Shown here: in pieces, positions 1-13,169 of the stretch | Numbering within the stretch: the stretch's first letter is position 1 | Layout of the letters: each line of letters starts with the position of its first letter | Origin: Octopus vulgaris | Taxonomy: Eukaryota | Assembly: GCA_951406725.2 (NCBI GenBank) | Contig: OX597821.1 | Location: forward strand, 9,238,001-9,302,000 | Direction of reading: 5' to 3' | Length of the DNA stretch: 64,000 nt | Program-made: the position numbers and the translations under genes | The notes under the pieces: model-generated | Seen by the model: only the letters and a program-made list of their open reading frames with translations | Told to the model about the DNA's origin: nothing | Databases searched by the model: none

Positions 1-1296
1 CCTTTATCAGGCTGAGGCTTTCCTCAAATTTCCCATCATGATTTAAGGCATCAGGTGGGCGATCTAGTGTGCATATCACTATATCAAGTTGCTTTAGATG
101 TACTGTGAGTGTGTCACAGACCGAGTTCGAGTTCGATAACAGGTTTACTGGTGTGGCATCTTCGCGGATCTACATTGCATCTCCACCGTCACTTCTTTTT
201 CTTCTGTCTGCACAGAAGATAACATACATTGGTATGTGTATCTCCGCATCATTTATGCGAGCAGATAGATACGTTTCTGTAAGTGCACTGCACTTAGCTT
301 GATTACATGCAGAAAGATTCTTCAGGTGCTCAATTTTGCATTTGTTAATGTTCTGTAGCAGGCCTCTCATATTCATTAGTAGAAATAGCGTTGGTGTTGG
401 TGTGGTGAGTGGTTTGGTGACAGTGGTGCCCGTCCTGGTTTCAACAATTGAGGAGGTCTTGTGTTCGAAGGTACATAGCTCAGCTTTCTTTGTAGCCATG
501 ACAACCGTTGCACTATTTCCTGTGCCACACTTTAAAAAATGCTGTTGCTCAACCGCTGCAGCTTGTACTGCATCTGCATATGACTTCTATCTGGCCTTCT
601 TTTCTGCAGGTTTGTGCTGAGATATAGATTTTTGTGGTTCTATCCTTTATTGGGTAGGTGATGGACTTTGCTCCACTGCCGGGTGCGCAAAACGGTAGTT
701 TGTCCCACTCATTCCATGCCCGCAGACACCTCTTTTGTGGAACTTTCCGATATACCTTTTTCTCTGAGAGGGTTTGATTTGGGTTTTTATTTTAGAACCT
801 CATTCACTTTGCTTTCGCCTGGTTCTTCTTTTTCTTCTTCTACATTGCTGGAGTGGGAGGTGTTGGGACTCTGGTTGTTCGTACTTTTATTGTTTCCTTC
901 CTTGTTGAGCTTCTTAACTCTGTTGTCACTGCTTTCTGCGTGAGGTTTCTCACAGGCAGTGTCATAATTTTTGTCTCCACTTTTGAAAATGATGTCTAGT
1001 TTTTCCAGAGGTGTCCGTATGAGCACAGTTGATCGGACGAACTCATTCTTCTTCCGTTCTATTTGGGCCATATATCTGGAGAAACCATTGCTCTTTAAGG
1101 TAGCTGGAATTATATTGGCGAATCGCCTTCTACCCGTAGGAAAAATACTCTTTGTAGAATTCCAATTTCTTGCCATCTTCTTCGTAGATTTTGAGTGCAA
1201 ATACAAAGACAGTAGAGGTGTCATGGAAGGAAGAGCGGACAGGTGTGAGAAGTTCGGTAGGTGATGGGGAAGCAATCTGGGAAGGGAAGAGACCAA
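1..1296 (-). mobile_element. Decayed CR1/Jockey-group LINE 5' part (ORF1 remnant plus AP-endonuclease start), cut by window edge
   Basis: Minus-strand translation of 400-1 gives LMNMRGL..TETYL..ADRRKRSDGGDAM*..CTLDRPP (APE motifs NxxG, ETWL, DR..GGGV, YRPP). Upstream KFHKRGVCGHG..RFAHP resembles a CCCH finger. 5' boundary uncertain. Confidence 0.75.
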
Positions 1297-1598
1297 AACG
1301 GGTGACGGGGGAAATGTGAGGAGACAGAGAGGAAGGTTAAGGTAGAGACGGGGGACGGGAGTATATTGTGAGGGAAACAGAGGTGAAGGAAGGGTAGGTA
1401 TACAGGGGAAAGGACGGGTAAGGTAACAGTGAGGGTTGCATTGTAGGTGTGGGTAGATGGAGATAGGGGGGGAGTAAGTGGGAGTGAGATAGAGACTAGA
1501 ATATTTGTAAATATGAGCGAAGATGTGGATAAAAATGAGTGAGAGAAAGAAAGGATATATATTTGGAGAAACCAGTGACAGGAAACACGTATAATATT

Positions 1599-1996
1599 CT
1601 AGCAGTATCGCCCGGCGTTGCTCGGGTTTGTAAGGGAAATAACTATATAAGCATTTTTAGAGAGTTATAGCCAAAAAATAGCAAAAAATTGCATTAAAAA
1701 TGGAAAAAAAATGATACTAAATTTTTTTTTAAATCGTTGACTCATCGTAGACATTTTTAGAGAGTTACTTCCCCTATATAATAGCGAAAAAATGCATCAA
1801 AATGGAAAAAGATGATGGTAAATTATTTTTAAAATCGTAGACTCATCGTAGACGTGCGCTAATACCCAGAAGGGCTCGATATGAATCACGACTATAAGAT
1901 ACCCGCTTTTGGTTACACTGCACCGCAAAATGTGGGAGTAGTTAGGAATCTAAATCGTAGGAGACAGACACACAACTTCACTTTTATATATAAAGA
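1599..1996 (-). mobile_element. Non-autonomous Helitron/Helentron-like element
   Basis: Minus strand starts TC(TTTATATATAAAAG) and ends with GC-rich hairpin CCCGAGCAACGCCGGG about 8 nt before a terminal CTAG; internal ~100 bp tandem duplication. Confidence 0.7.
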
Positions 1997-2028
1997 TTTG
2001 ATTTTATGTTTCTCTTTTGTTTTTACAG

Positions 2029-2067
2029 GAAAAGAAGGACCAATACTAAAAGTAAACTGGGGCATAT
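2029..2067 (+). CDS. Putative micro-exon A (39 nt, phase 1-1), probable M13 stalk region
   Basis: ttttgtttttacAG|...GGCATAT|GTaggt; reads (G)KEGPILKVNWGI; flanking intron sequence homologous to micro-exons B and C. Confidence 0.5.
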
Positions 2068-2566
2068 GTAGGTATCTAATTATATACTCCTTCTGTAGTG
2101 GATGATTGAATGAGTGGAGAACCAAACAGTTTATAACAATCTGGTTTGTGATAAATGTTATAATAGCTTTTACAAATATAGATTATACTGTATACAGATA
2201 AACACATTCATTTCTCAATTCAAATTCCATTTATAGGAGCTCCATTCTAGAAGTTTTAACTTCTTAAGGAGAAGCAGTTATAAATGACCTGGAACACATG
2301 AATATGAGGATATCGTTATAATAATAAGCATAAGCTGGCGCGCAAACATTTCTTATTCCAAATTGACGGAGATGGTTGTAAAAGCAATTTGAATACATTA
2401 GTGTTTTGTAATGCGTTGAAATTTATGAATGTTTGTCCTGAGAAAATAGGAAAAGTCTAAAGCATCGGATACATCTCTTCCTTAGACATTTGGAAAGGTC
2501 ACGCCAGATATTAATCCTTTTAATTTTACAAGATGCAATAATTTTGTGCAAAATACTGGTAATGTT

Positions 2567-3410
2567 GATTAAACTTGTGTATATATATATATATACACGT
2601 GTCTGCGTTTGTATATATGTGTATATTTACACATTATTCATATAGAAAAATATTATTCATGTAGTTATAAAATTAAGGGCTCCTAAATAAAGATGCCGAG
2701 TGCTGGGAACACAAAAAGGGGATGAATTTATCGAGAGTGAAAATCAAAAACGTTTACCGATAACTTTAACAACTCGTACCGCGGTTTCTGCTTCTTTCTA
2801 GCAAAACACAGAATATGTTTGCTAAGGCCAGCTTCATCAGCGAGTCGCCTGAATTTAATCGAGGTCTGCAGCGATGTGGGGCTATGTGTTAAACCCGACT
2901 ACTAGCAGATCTTAACTTTTCAAATCTCTGCGCAGACGCAAAATTTACACGGGCATGCCGGGAAGAATTTTACGAATAAATTCATCATGTAGTATGCGAA
3001 TATAAACAAGAAGGGTAGTAATATTATTTACTACCAGGTGCCCAACACAAAAGACGAATTAGTCATAAGACAAAAATATTATTCATATAGAAAAATATTA
3101 TTCATGTAGTTATACAATTAAGGGCTCCTAAATAAAGATGCCGAGTGCTGGGAACACAAAAAGGGGATGAATTTATCGAGAGTGAAAATCAAAAACGTTT
3201 ACCGATAACTTTAACAACATGGCATTATACTTAAGAACAGTTTAATGATAATTACACAGTGATTATCTGGCTATATCATATCTGAAACTTATAAAACTGC
3301 GATGTAAACTTGGTTAAAAACCTCGACTGATAAAGCTGAATGTAGATTAAACTTGTGTATATATATATATATACACGTGTCTGCGTTTGTATATATGTGT
3401 ATATTTACAC
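2567..3410 (-). mobile_element. Penelope-like/retrozyme-like non-autonomous insertion (445-nt unit plus partial repeat)
   Basis: 141-bp direct repeat 2633-2773 / 3078-3218, hammerhead motif at 2771-2846, flanked by a ~65-bp duplication (2567-2631 / 3346-3410). Confidence 0.7.
2771..2846 (-). ncRNA. Minimal type I hammerhead ribozyme
   Basis: Minus strand: GACUCG-CUGAUGA-AGCU..UAGCAAACAUA/UGUGUUUUGCUA..AGCA-GAAA-CCGCGG-UA^CGAGUU. Stem I 6 bp, palindromic stem III; closing pair of stem II is an A.A mismatch. Confidence 0.75.
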
Positions 3411-3446
3411 ACACATATATATATATATATATACACATATACATGT

Positions 3447-3766
3447 GAAGGCGCGTGGCTTAGTGGTTAGGGCATTCGACTCACGATTGTAAGGTCGTGA
3501 GTTCGATACCCGGTGACACGTTATGTCCTTGAGCAAGACACTTTATTTCACGTTGCTCCAGTCCACTCAGCTGGCAAAAATGAGTTGTACCTGTATTTCA
3601 AAGGGCCGGCCTTGTCACACTCTGTGTCACGCTGAATCTCCCTGAGAACTACGTTAGGGGTACGCGTGTCTGTGGAGTGCTAAATCATTTTCACGTTAAT
3701 TTCACGAGCAGACTGTTCCGTTGATCGTATCAGCTGGGACCCTCGTCGTCGTAACCGACGGAGTAT
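3447..3766 (+). mobile_element. tRNA-derived SINE
   Basis: A box TGGCTTAGTGG, B box GAGTTCGATACC; tail shared with copies at 13634 and 40665. Confidence 0.85.
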
Positions 3767-3828
3767 TCCTATGTAACTTTATATATACATTTACTTGAAC
3801 TAATGCCTGCTTTGTTTAATTTTGACAG

Positions 3829-3906
3829 GGAAAACCGAATCGATAGGAAACTCTGAGTCAATAGGAAAATCCGAATCCTCACCAGATATATTTAAACAAA
3901 GTACAG
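3829..3906 (+). CDS. Putative micro-exon B (78 nt, phase 1-1)
   Basis: ttttgacAG|GGAAAACC...AGTACAG|GTagga; reads (G)KTESIGNSESIGKSESSPDIFKQST with an internal 18-nt repeat. Confidence 0.6.
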
Positions 3907-4285
3907 GTAGGAATCTGATAAAATATTTCGTCTATTGTGGATAATAAAAGGTGTGGAGAGAATAGAATATTGTCTTCCATTATCTTTTTTCATTAATGTT
4001 ATGATAATTTTCCTCCACTCTTGAGATATATACATTTTGTTGTATTCCTGTAAACACATAGGTACTCTTAAGTTAAATCTTTTTTACGTATATTTCACAT
4101 AGAATGTTACGGATGATATTCCACTCATTCAGCAATATAATTGCATATGATTCAAGCAGTAATACATTGACGTGTCCCCTGCATATAAATGTATAACTTG
4201 ATGATTATTTCTGGAGAAATAATCATGAGCCATTTCAAACTTAATAACTATGTATATATGTATGTGTATAGATATATATATATAC

Positions 4286-4930
4286 AGTGTACCGACCGTA
4301 TTCGTTCGGATGATGACTCTCTCGGGGTGAATAAATCAGTTTTTATTTTTTGAGATACATTCGACAAAATTGACTTCTTGAGATATTCTGTCGATGACAT
4401 CTTCTAGGCAACCCCCAAAGCTTCATCGCTATTACACGTGTTACAGTCTTGAAGGTCCTCATAGTCTTGACCTTCAGCTCGTCCCTCATATTGCAGTTGT
4501 ATAAGTTGGTCTCTCATTCCACCGCACCCCCGCACAAAATCGAGTTGGTTTTAACGGGTGAGGAGGGGAAAATATCAGATACTTTGTGATCGAAGAAATT
4601 TCTCCGATAGCTAGGCCTCGGTCTTCGATATGGTGTAGCAGGGCACATTGTCTTGCAGCCATACATGCGGCCTCACTTTAGCTACCCAGTCTATCCTGGG
4701 CTTCACCAACTTGCTCAGAATACGGATCTAACCGTCTGTATTCAGCTTGAGGGAAGAAGTGGGGTGGTATGATGTCACCTTCACTGTTAACGAAGACAAT
4801 GATTGTCATTGTTGTTGTTTGGAGCGTTCATCTCGTCTTTGCAGAAATCCTACTTCTCTACTGTCGCCTCGTAGACGAGTCCTGAATTCTCCAGCTCCTT
4901 TCGGACATTTAAAAGTATCCTTCAGATGAC
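4286..4930 (-). mobile_element. Tc1/mariner transposase relic
   Basis: Minus strand VWLQDNVPCYT (cf. QQDNAPxH) and a degenerate PPxSPDLNP-like segment; begins TA-CAGTG. Confidence 0.55.
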
Positions 4931-5086
4931 GTTGGAGAGGGTGGAATCTGCTTTTTTGTAAAAAAAAAACCCCAAAACAATTAGTAACACCGAATGTGTT
5001 GGTATGTTACAGAAAATAAAGTAAATATTTTAAACGAAAGATAGCAACGAAAACAGCCTAGAAAATTGAGTAAATACTGGTAGGGG

Positions 5087-5162
5087 GAGGAGGTACATGG
5101 TCAAGAGAAAAGAGCTGCGGACTCGTGATCTAGGGATCGCGGGTTCGAATCTCAGAGCGCTC

Positions 5163-5205
<43 letters not shown>

Positions 5206-5340
5206 ATGAGCGAAACACCTAAGCTTCACGTGGCTGCGCCAGAAGGAAACGGCGAAATTCTGCTGACTTTTACGCCACCACTTTCTCTCAATATTTCCTT
5301 CTGCATCTAGCAGCTCACATGCGAGGGCCGGTGTTCCCTC
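5087..5340 (+). mobile_element. Diverged tRNA-derived SINE with internal (GT)n
   Basis: B box GGTTCGAATC and GAGCGAAACACCTAAGCT segment shared with 26130, 40665 and 63084 copies. Confidence 0.7.
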
Positions 5341-5349
5341 TTGTTAGTT

Positions 5350-7500
5350 ATACTAAGCTTTTTTCAGAACTTACCATAGTACTTGCAGGTTGACAGCATC
5401 GAAGAGGTTAGATAGGTCTTATACGCCCTGTCGGAGGGATAAAAGATCATGTTGATATTGCCACGGCATGAACAAGTTCCGCACTATGATTCTGGATAGT
5501 TACCCTTTAAAATGTGTTTGATGATCCTGCCAAGAATGCGTCACGCACGTTCTTACCAACAACAGACAGAAGCGATATTCCTTGCTGATTATCGCAGACA
5601 TTGCTGTCTCCTTTGTTCTTATAAAAATGTTAAACTGATGCATCTATGAAGTCCTCTGGTATACGGCCTACTATCCAAATGTTTATGAAGAGGTCATGCA
5701 GTTTCTTAAAAACTATCCACCATGTTTGTAGATCTCAGGAGCGATAGCATCCCTGCCATGTGTTTACCAGAAAAGATCTGTTTAATAGAGTTTACTACTT
5801 TCAGGAAGACTGGCTCCAGAGACAGTTCTGGTATCTCAGTGTGCTGTGGAACCGGCATTTTTACGTCTTCATTAGTGACTGAGGTGGAGTTTACACAGCT
5901 TCAAAGTGATCATTTCATAGTTTCAGGATGTCAGATTTATCAGCCAGCAATGTCTCTCTATTCGATAAAATGTAGGAGTTACACCATGCTCTTGAGGCCA
6001 TCACAAAAGGCTTTATAATCCTTTCTATCTGCAGCTTCTTCGAGTTTAGTAGTATTGAAAGACCACCAAACCTCCTTCATCTGTCTCAGAGGATGCTGGA
6101 CCTGGCCTCTGCATTTTTTGTAGGCATTCTCTTTTCTGCATGAGCTCTTATCATTTATCTATGTTTTGTGAGAGCTGTGTATTTTTTCTATAAAGTGTGT
6201 TGTTATCGTTGAACCAATCGTGATGTTTCCGAACAACAACTCCAATAACCTCTAAAAATGCAGAGTGTGTTGCACCAAGCAGAGCCAACCAAGGTGATTC
6301 TATGTCATCATGAATATCAACAGCTTTGATTGAAGCGTTCAACTTGATAGAGATTACTGTCTGATTTTCAGCAGATTTCAAAGGCAGAACATTAATGCAC
6401 TTAGGCACTGATGACTTTAGTAACCTTGTGTGTTTCAGAAGGGACGTAGCCTTACTATGGAGAAGATAATGGCCAGAGAGATAGCAGGTGTTACGGAAGG
6501 AACGTCTAATGGTAAAGTCCCTATTATCACGTTTCTTAGTGATGACAGTCTATGAGATGCCAATCCTGAAATATAGAATGCGTCCGGGTCGTCTTGCAAC
6601 GATTTCGCTGTTGAAAAAAGGTATTTGTGGTGTTTAGACTGAATATCCTGCAGATGAAGATCACACGCAGACCGCTTAAGTTCGTTCGACTTACACCATG
6701 GCGATCAAGCACAACCTCTCATTCCAACAGGAGCGTTAAAGTCACCTATAAGGATACGTTTATCCTTACGATGACAACTTGAGTGACATCACGGAGTTAG
6801 TTGTAAAAATACATCCTTTTTCTATTGAGTGCTAGCCATGCTTGGGGCATAACAACTGACAAACACGAGTGTTGTGATCAAGTTCCCACGTTAGTGTCAA
6901 GATGCGGTTAGAAATACACTTTGTTACAGAAAGAATGGATCTAGTTATTTCTGTTTTTATGGCAAACCAACACCAGAGTGGCGTGGATCGTCTTCATTTC
7001 TTCCACAGCAGAAAAATTTGTATATATCTTTAATTTCTTCTAACTGTGACGATCCTGCAAGACAGGTTTCACTAAATGCAGTTATATCAATATTGAATTT
7101 TTTTAGTTCAACGACAACTCGTGCTGTTTTTTGTTTTGGTGCTGTGTGATTGGCTTGGAGAGTGCACACATTCCAAGAATCAAGGTTAATATTCTTACAT
7201 TTCTTCGTGTGTCAACTGTGTTGCTGAATAACAAAACAGCTACAAGGTGTGTAAGCAATGTTTGGGGTTCCTTTACTTGCCTCTTCCCCTGTTGGGGAAA
7301 ACAGTGCTATGTCTAAATAGAGCTGCTTTGCGACTACTGGAGGACAAGGACAGCACAATTACTCACAGGTTCTGTACTGGAACGGCCATTACCCACTGGT
7401 TACCGATTGTGTAGAGATCCAGCAAGAAACTGTCTGTAATATCCTTTACTTGTCCCTGCCACTTTCATCCTCTCGCCTGAGGATATTTTGATTTTTTTTC
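5350..7500 (-). mobile_element. Decayed RTE/BovB-like LINE (5' region, APE, start of RT)
   Basis: KTARVVVELKKFNIDITAFSETCLAGSSQLEE..SGVG (RTE APE), VVRKHHDWFNDN, and FYKNKGD..CDN..GISLLSVVGK (RT N-terminal region); many stops. Confidence 0.8.
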
Positions 7501-8266
7501 AAGTTGAAGCTGTGTCGTATTGAATGACTAAATGGAAGTTTGTCAGAAAACCCACACATATGATATCTCTCTCTATATATAAGATATCAAGTAAATCAGG
7601 TTCTACGAGAAGAATATATTTATATCAGTAGATGATATCCATGTGATTTCAAACGTTTCACAGCCAGCATTATGGAAAAGTAATTTATGTTAGTGTATAA
7701 AAAATTATTATAAATGTATCTGTTCAGAAATTGTTGTAAATCTTGTATTCTGTGTATCTGAAAAACTAGCCTTCTATACTGGTATTAGTTTGTAATAGTA
7801 CCATATAATTTATAACATATTACACTAGTGTAGACATGATTTAGTGTACACTAAATAATATACATGTTTATCAGTATACATAAAACTGTGCATATAAACA
7901 CGCAAACACTTATACATACAGACACACATGTATACGACCATACATACATACATACATACATACATACATACATACATACATACATACATACATACATACA
8001 TACATACATACATACATACATACATGCATACATATACATACATATATAATATATATACATATATATATATATGTGTGTGTGTGTGTATAGATCTATGTAC
8101 ATATCTGGGTATACTTAAGATCTGACAAAATTTGTCCCGCAAATTGTTTACTACGTAGTAACTTGGGATTATATATTTTCATAGTGAGTGTATCGTCAGT
8201 GACATTTTTTAAAATGAGATGCTTCGGAAGACCCTTGTATTTTTTTGGTTTTGCACAACATCCAAA

Positions 8267-8297
<31 letters not shown>

Positions 8298-8343
8298 CAC
8301 ACACACACACACACACGCATACACACATACACACATATGCACA

Positions 8344-8379
<36 letters not shown>

Positions 8380-8437
8380 ACACACATATATATATATATA
8401 TATATTAACATGTGTCTATTTCGTTTCACTTTTACAG

Positions 8438-8491
8438 ATGAACCCGAAACAAAACCTGCAATAATTAACCAAACGTCGGACTTGGACAAAG
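8438..8491 (+). CDS. Putative micro-exon C (54 nt, phase 1-1)
   Basis: cacttttacAG|ATGAACCC...GACAAAG|GTatgt; reads (D)EPETKPAIINQTSDLDK, including an NQT sequon. Confidence 0.65.
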
Positions 8492-8669
8492 GTATGTATC
8501 TGATGAAATCAACTGACAGTAGTGGATGGTTGAACAAGTGGAGCAACAAGCTATATATTTAATTCTATTTTGCTATCATAAATATTATGAGAGCTTTCAA
8601 AAAATATACATATTCCTGTAAGCAGAAACGTATATTTATGTCCTCAGCCAGAGACCCATATATATATGA

Positions 8670-9500
8670 GTTAAATTCTAGGGATTTTGAGACAATTTTA
8701 GGAGTAGGAATTAGTACTGCCTTAAAGCATTTGAATGTTAGTATATCATTAATATGTCTCTCATAATCTGACCTGCCAACGTTTGGTAGTCCAGAATGAA
8801 GGAGATCGCTCTAACAGTAGTTTGAACGCGTGCATGATTGTCACAGCTGACTATTTTGTAGATTGCAGTGGGGATGAATGAAGATTACGAAGCAATACAT
8901 TTTTGGGGTTAAATTTGTCAAAAATGTTACAGAAACTAATGAAATGCTACAGATATTTCCGCTAGCACAAAACGTTCAAGGACGGTAAAGATGAGGTGAG
9001 AAACGGCGACGAGAGTTTGAGTTCTAACATCAGAGCTTGTTGAAAATTCTCTCAAAATTATGGTTAAAGTCTGATGAGTGTTTATAAAGGCAGTAAGCTT
9101 ACAGTTATGATTTAGTGTGGTCACTGTACACAATCCTTTACAAATACATGAACATTCGTTAAATGTCTTCTTAGAGCGCTTGGTGACGAACATTTTAGTA
9201 ATCAACTGCTTGACGTAGATGTCCATCAAAACTGTCTTTTACTATCCATACAGTAGAAACCTTACTCTCTGTGATATTTGGTTGTTTCATAAGATGAAGG
9301 AGAAGAAGGGGGGCACTCGTATGAATGATGCAGAAGGTGGCGACAAGTGTCTTGGAAACCTTCAATTTGGAAGTCTTTTTTGTGGCCTTCAGGAAGGGGA
9401 TTTAGCTCAACATCAAGTCCATTACATTCAAAGGATGCTACTTCAAACGAGATTTGTATTGTGTACATGTTTAAATTTCTAAATGTCGCTACTGACAAAG
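8670..9500 (+). mobile_element. Mariner transposase relic
   Basis: YPYSRNLTLCDIWLFHKMK matches the mariner HPPYSPDLAPCDFWLFPKLK motif. Confidence 0.75.
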
Positions 9501-10549
9501 AACGAAAACATCATTACCAGCTAGTTACCTGGGGTTAAAATGGTAGTAACATCGTATTAATCAGGATTGACAATTTAAGTTGGCAAATATATTATAATCT
9601 GTAGTACGGTTACTACTTAATACTCGCTCAGAGATTTAAAATCCATCCTGCTATTGTCCCTTATGAGAGAATACGGAAATGTCGGCGTGTGATACAAACC
9701 TAAACCGGAATGATCTACCGATTGCGACCGTTTTGTCTTGTTACACTACATCAATTGCATCAACATCCAATGTTCCGCTAGGTTTTATGTACTGAGAGAT
9801 GTTTCAAATCTTGCCTGGGTTTATAAACATTTTCTAGCTAACTGGAGGGATGCAGCAATACATTGATAGGCCGTTGCTAGTATAGGAATGATACATATTA
9901 GGAAATCGATGTAATGTGATAAAACGGAGCAGTAGTAAAGTCTCACATGTGCAATAAATAAATCATGATAGTTGATATTTTTCGCTTACCGTCAGGACAG
10001 GCAGTTTTTAGCTATGCAGATTCTGTCATGCAATGTAGCAACTATTAGACTTAATTTCTAGAGTCAAAAAAAGAGGACAATTACAAAAACCTACTTGCTC
10101 ACGCACAGGCTGAGATGTAGCACTATTTTAAGCAATGAATGATGCAGCTGATGTCAATGATTTCGGTAGTCAATTATTGTTTAATAATTTATTTTCATTT
10201 GTTTTAGTCCAAATAATATTTGATATTTCTTATACTGTATAAGCAGTTTAATCATCTTGTATATATCACGTTTAGTAAATCATTTTGGAAAAATGCGAAA
10301 GACAAACATTTGCCTATTACAAGAACTGTATAGCTTTTGGACAATTTTAACTGGTTCGACTGTGGATTCAGTTGTTGGTTCCTCTAGTAAACCTATTGAG
10401 TAAAGTAAAAAAGATTTTATCACGTAAACGTCAACAGCAACGATAGAAATTTGAATGAATACTTTATATACTTAATTCTACATTTTGTTCCGGCGAATAT
10501 CTTGTGTAACATTTGTCATTCATTCGCCTATACATAAATACATACATAC

Positions 10550-10584
<35 letters not shown>

Positions 10585-11319
10585 TGTATGTATGTATGTA
10601 TGTATGTATATATATATATGATAACTGATATTTGATTTAGATGTATTTCTCCATTTTCTTATCTTGTATTAGTAATTTGTGGTAAATCATTTTACCTTTG
10701 CCTATATAATACAGTAAATGAATTGATTGCATCGCAATCCTTAACATTTATGTATTAACTTTGTTGGGTACTTCATTAGCAGTATATTGGATATATGTTA
10801 TCCCATGGAGACTTGCATTTACAACCCCTATCTCAATTTGTATATATATATATATTTATATGCGGCTACGGCATGCTTATTTCAGTTTCCGTTCACCTAA
10901 TCCACACACAAGGCTTTATTCGGACCAAGTTCACCGTAGGTGTCACCTGCTCAAAGTGCAAGCGGTGGGGGAATGAACTCAGAATGATGTGATTCGGTAG
11001 CAATCTTTGTACCACACAGGCATGCATTTTTAACCTAATCTCCCTGCTGGAAGTTTTAGATATCACTATAGCTCTACAAATACGGCAAACGTAAATTTTA
11101 GAGGACAAAACAGATTTGTAGTATAGAGTAACTCAATATATGTCATTTGAGGAAAATGCATCAAACAAAGAATTACAACATGCAGGAAACATGTGTCAAT
11201 TCAATAGCGAGTTAACTTGATTTTAACTTGATTTTAATCAGTCCTGAGTATATTCATAATAAAAGTTTCATCTTAAAGTACCATAGTCGTATACTCTTTG
11301 AAATTATCTCGTTCTTCAG

Positions 11320-11424
11320 TCATATAGTATTACGAGATATCTTATGAAAGCTATGAGGAAAATGTTATCGGAAATAAAGTGGCTGGACACAGAAACTCGT
11401 CAGATGGGAATCGACAACATAGAG
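11320..11424 (+). CDS. M13 exon (W-[LM]-D-x-x-T-R motif)
   Basis: ttcttcAG|SYSITRYLMKAMRKMLSEIKWLDTETRQMGIDNIE|GTaaga, 105 nt, phase 0-0; matches the M13 motif LxxLxWMDxxTR. Confidence 0.8.
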
Positions 11425-12215
11425 GTAAGAAGTATTAAATGTCAGTTTCTTTCACTACCACAATTTCATTTTTCCACAATGAACTTTTCAATGACAAGAG
11501 GAATGTGTACAAAAATGAATCAATTTCTTGAAAAGAATATCATTAATATCGATGTTAAATGGAGAGTAACAAAATATGTTTGAAAATATATGTACATTAT
11601 ACACGCAACTATATATACGTATGTGAAAATTATATGTATATATGTATGTATTTCGTTTGTTTTTCTCGTTTGTTTTCTTGTTTATCTTGATTTCTCGTAT
11701 TGTATTTTCTTTTTATTTCTCGTTTTGTATTTTCTTGTACATGTATTTTTATCTTGTATTTTATTGTGCAGTTTTATTGTTACGTCCTGTTTGTGTTACA
11801 TTTTTTCGTGCTTGTTTTACACCTCTGCGAGGTAATTTTATTTTAATTCTCTCGCAGGAAGGCCTAGTTTTGACGAGTCGTGTCCTGTCTTGCCTTCGAA
11901 ACACGCTTGAGTCTACTAGTGATAGCTGATGATTGGGGATGTTTCCTTGTGTAGCATGTCCTGTACTCTGTATTTCTGTTGTAAAAAATTGGCTTTTCCG
12001 TTTTCGTTTCTCGTTGAGTTCTACGTCTAGTTGTGGTGTCCTGTACTCACGTATATATATTTATATATGCATGTATATATACATGTAGATGTAGGTACGT
12101 ACATATATGTTTGTATGTATGCATATATTTTATTTATTACACTATTGTCTGACAGCGCTTCGCGTCGGGTTCGTTTCGATTCGTCGCTTCGTTCCGTTTC
12201 TTATCCTCCCAGTAT

Positions 12216-12269
<54 letters not shown>

Positions 12270-12305
12270 TGTGCATGCGTTTATACATACATACATACAT
12301 AAGCG

Positions 12306-12381
<76 letters not shown>

Positions 12382-12399
12382 TGTGTGTGTGTGAGTGTG

Positions 12400-12700
12400 T
12401 GTGTGTGTATGTGTGTGTGTGCAAAGGACTCTGCCGTCGAAGAAAACGTATCAGTGTTTAGTGTTTGCCGAACGAGTTGCACAAATGAGTTGCCTGTGGA
12501 GTACTGCTGTGTGCTGTACATTACCTTACTCCTTCCATCAAATCGTTGCTGTCTATACAGGTGTGCGGTGCACCACGCGTCTGGCTGGAGCACCGTCAAA
12601 TTAAATATTTTGCATCAGAATATAGTGCAACATCCAACCTGGGAATGGAAACACCGGTCTTGTAACCCCGGGATTCAAGACTCTAGCCACTAGGCCAATC
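12400..12700 (-). mobile_element. SINE-like element
   Basis: Minus strand TGGCCTAGTGGCTAGAG...GAATCCCG tRNA-like head next to microsatellites. Confidence 0.55.
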
Positions 12701-13169
12701 CTCCCCTCTCTCTCTTTCTCTTTCTCTCTCTCTCTCACTCACAATCACACACACATACATATAGATAGAGAGATAGATAGATATGTAGATATATTGATAG
12801 ATAGATAGATGTGCATATGCATATATACATATCCAGTTTAATTCCATAAATATATATACGCGTGAATTTTGTATACATAAATGTACATAAAATGTACATA
12901 CAATGAAATAGATATTGATCATTTATGTTTACTTCTTTCAGTCATTGAACTGCAGGGATGCTGAGGATAATCAGGGTACTGCCTAATTAATTGAACCAAT
13001 TAGTTAGTGTTAAATCATTTCCTTATGCTTTCGGTCCTCTCTTCGTGAACAGCTAGATGAAAGACATGGAAAAAACGTGAAATGTGATGGTGGAAGATAT
13101 ACGAAAACAGAGACGTATACTTACGTACAAGTGTTATACGCGTAATGCAGAGGCACACCAATATATATA

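Noticed and set aside
3447-3515. tRNA genes at A/B box sites
   Set aside because: No full cloverleaf; they continue into SINE bodies.
8165-8205. Minus-strand CUGACGA..GAAA motif
   Set aside because: Stems and cleavage triplet do not pair.
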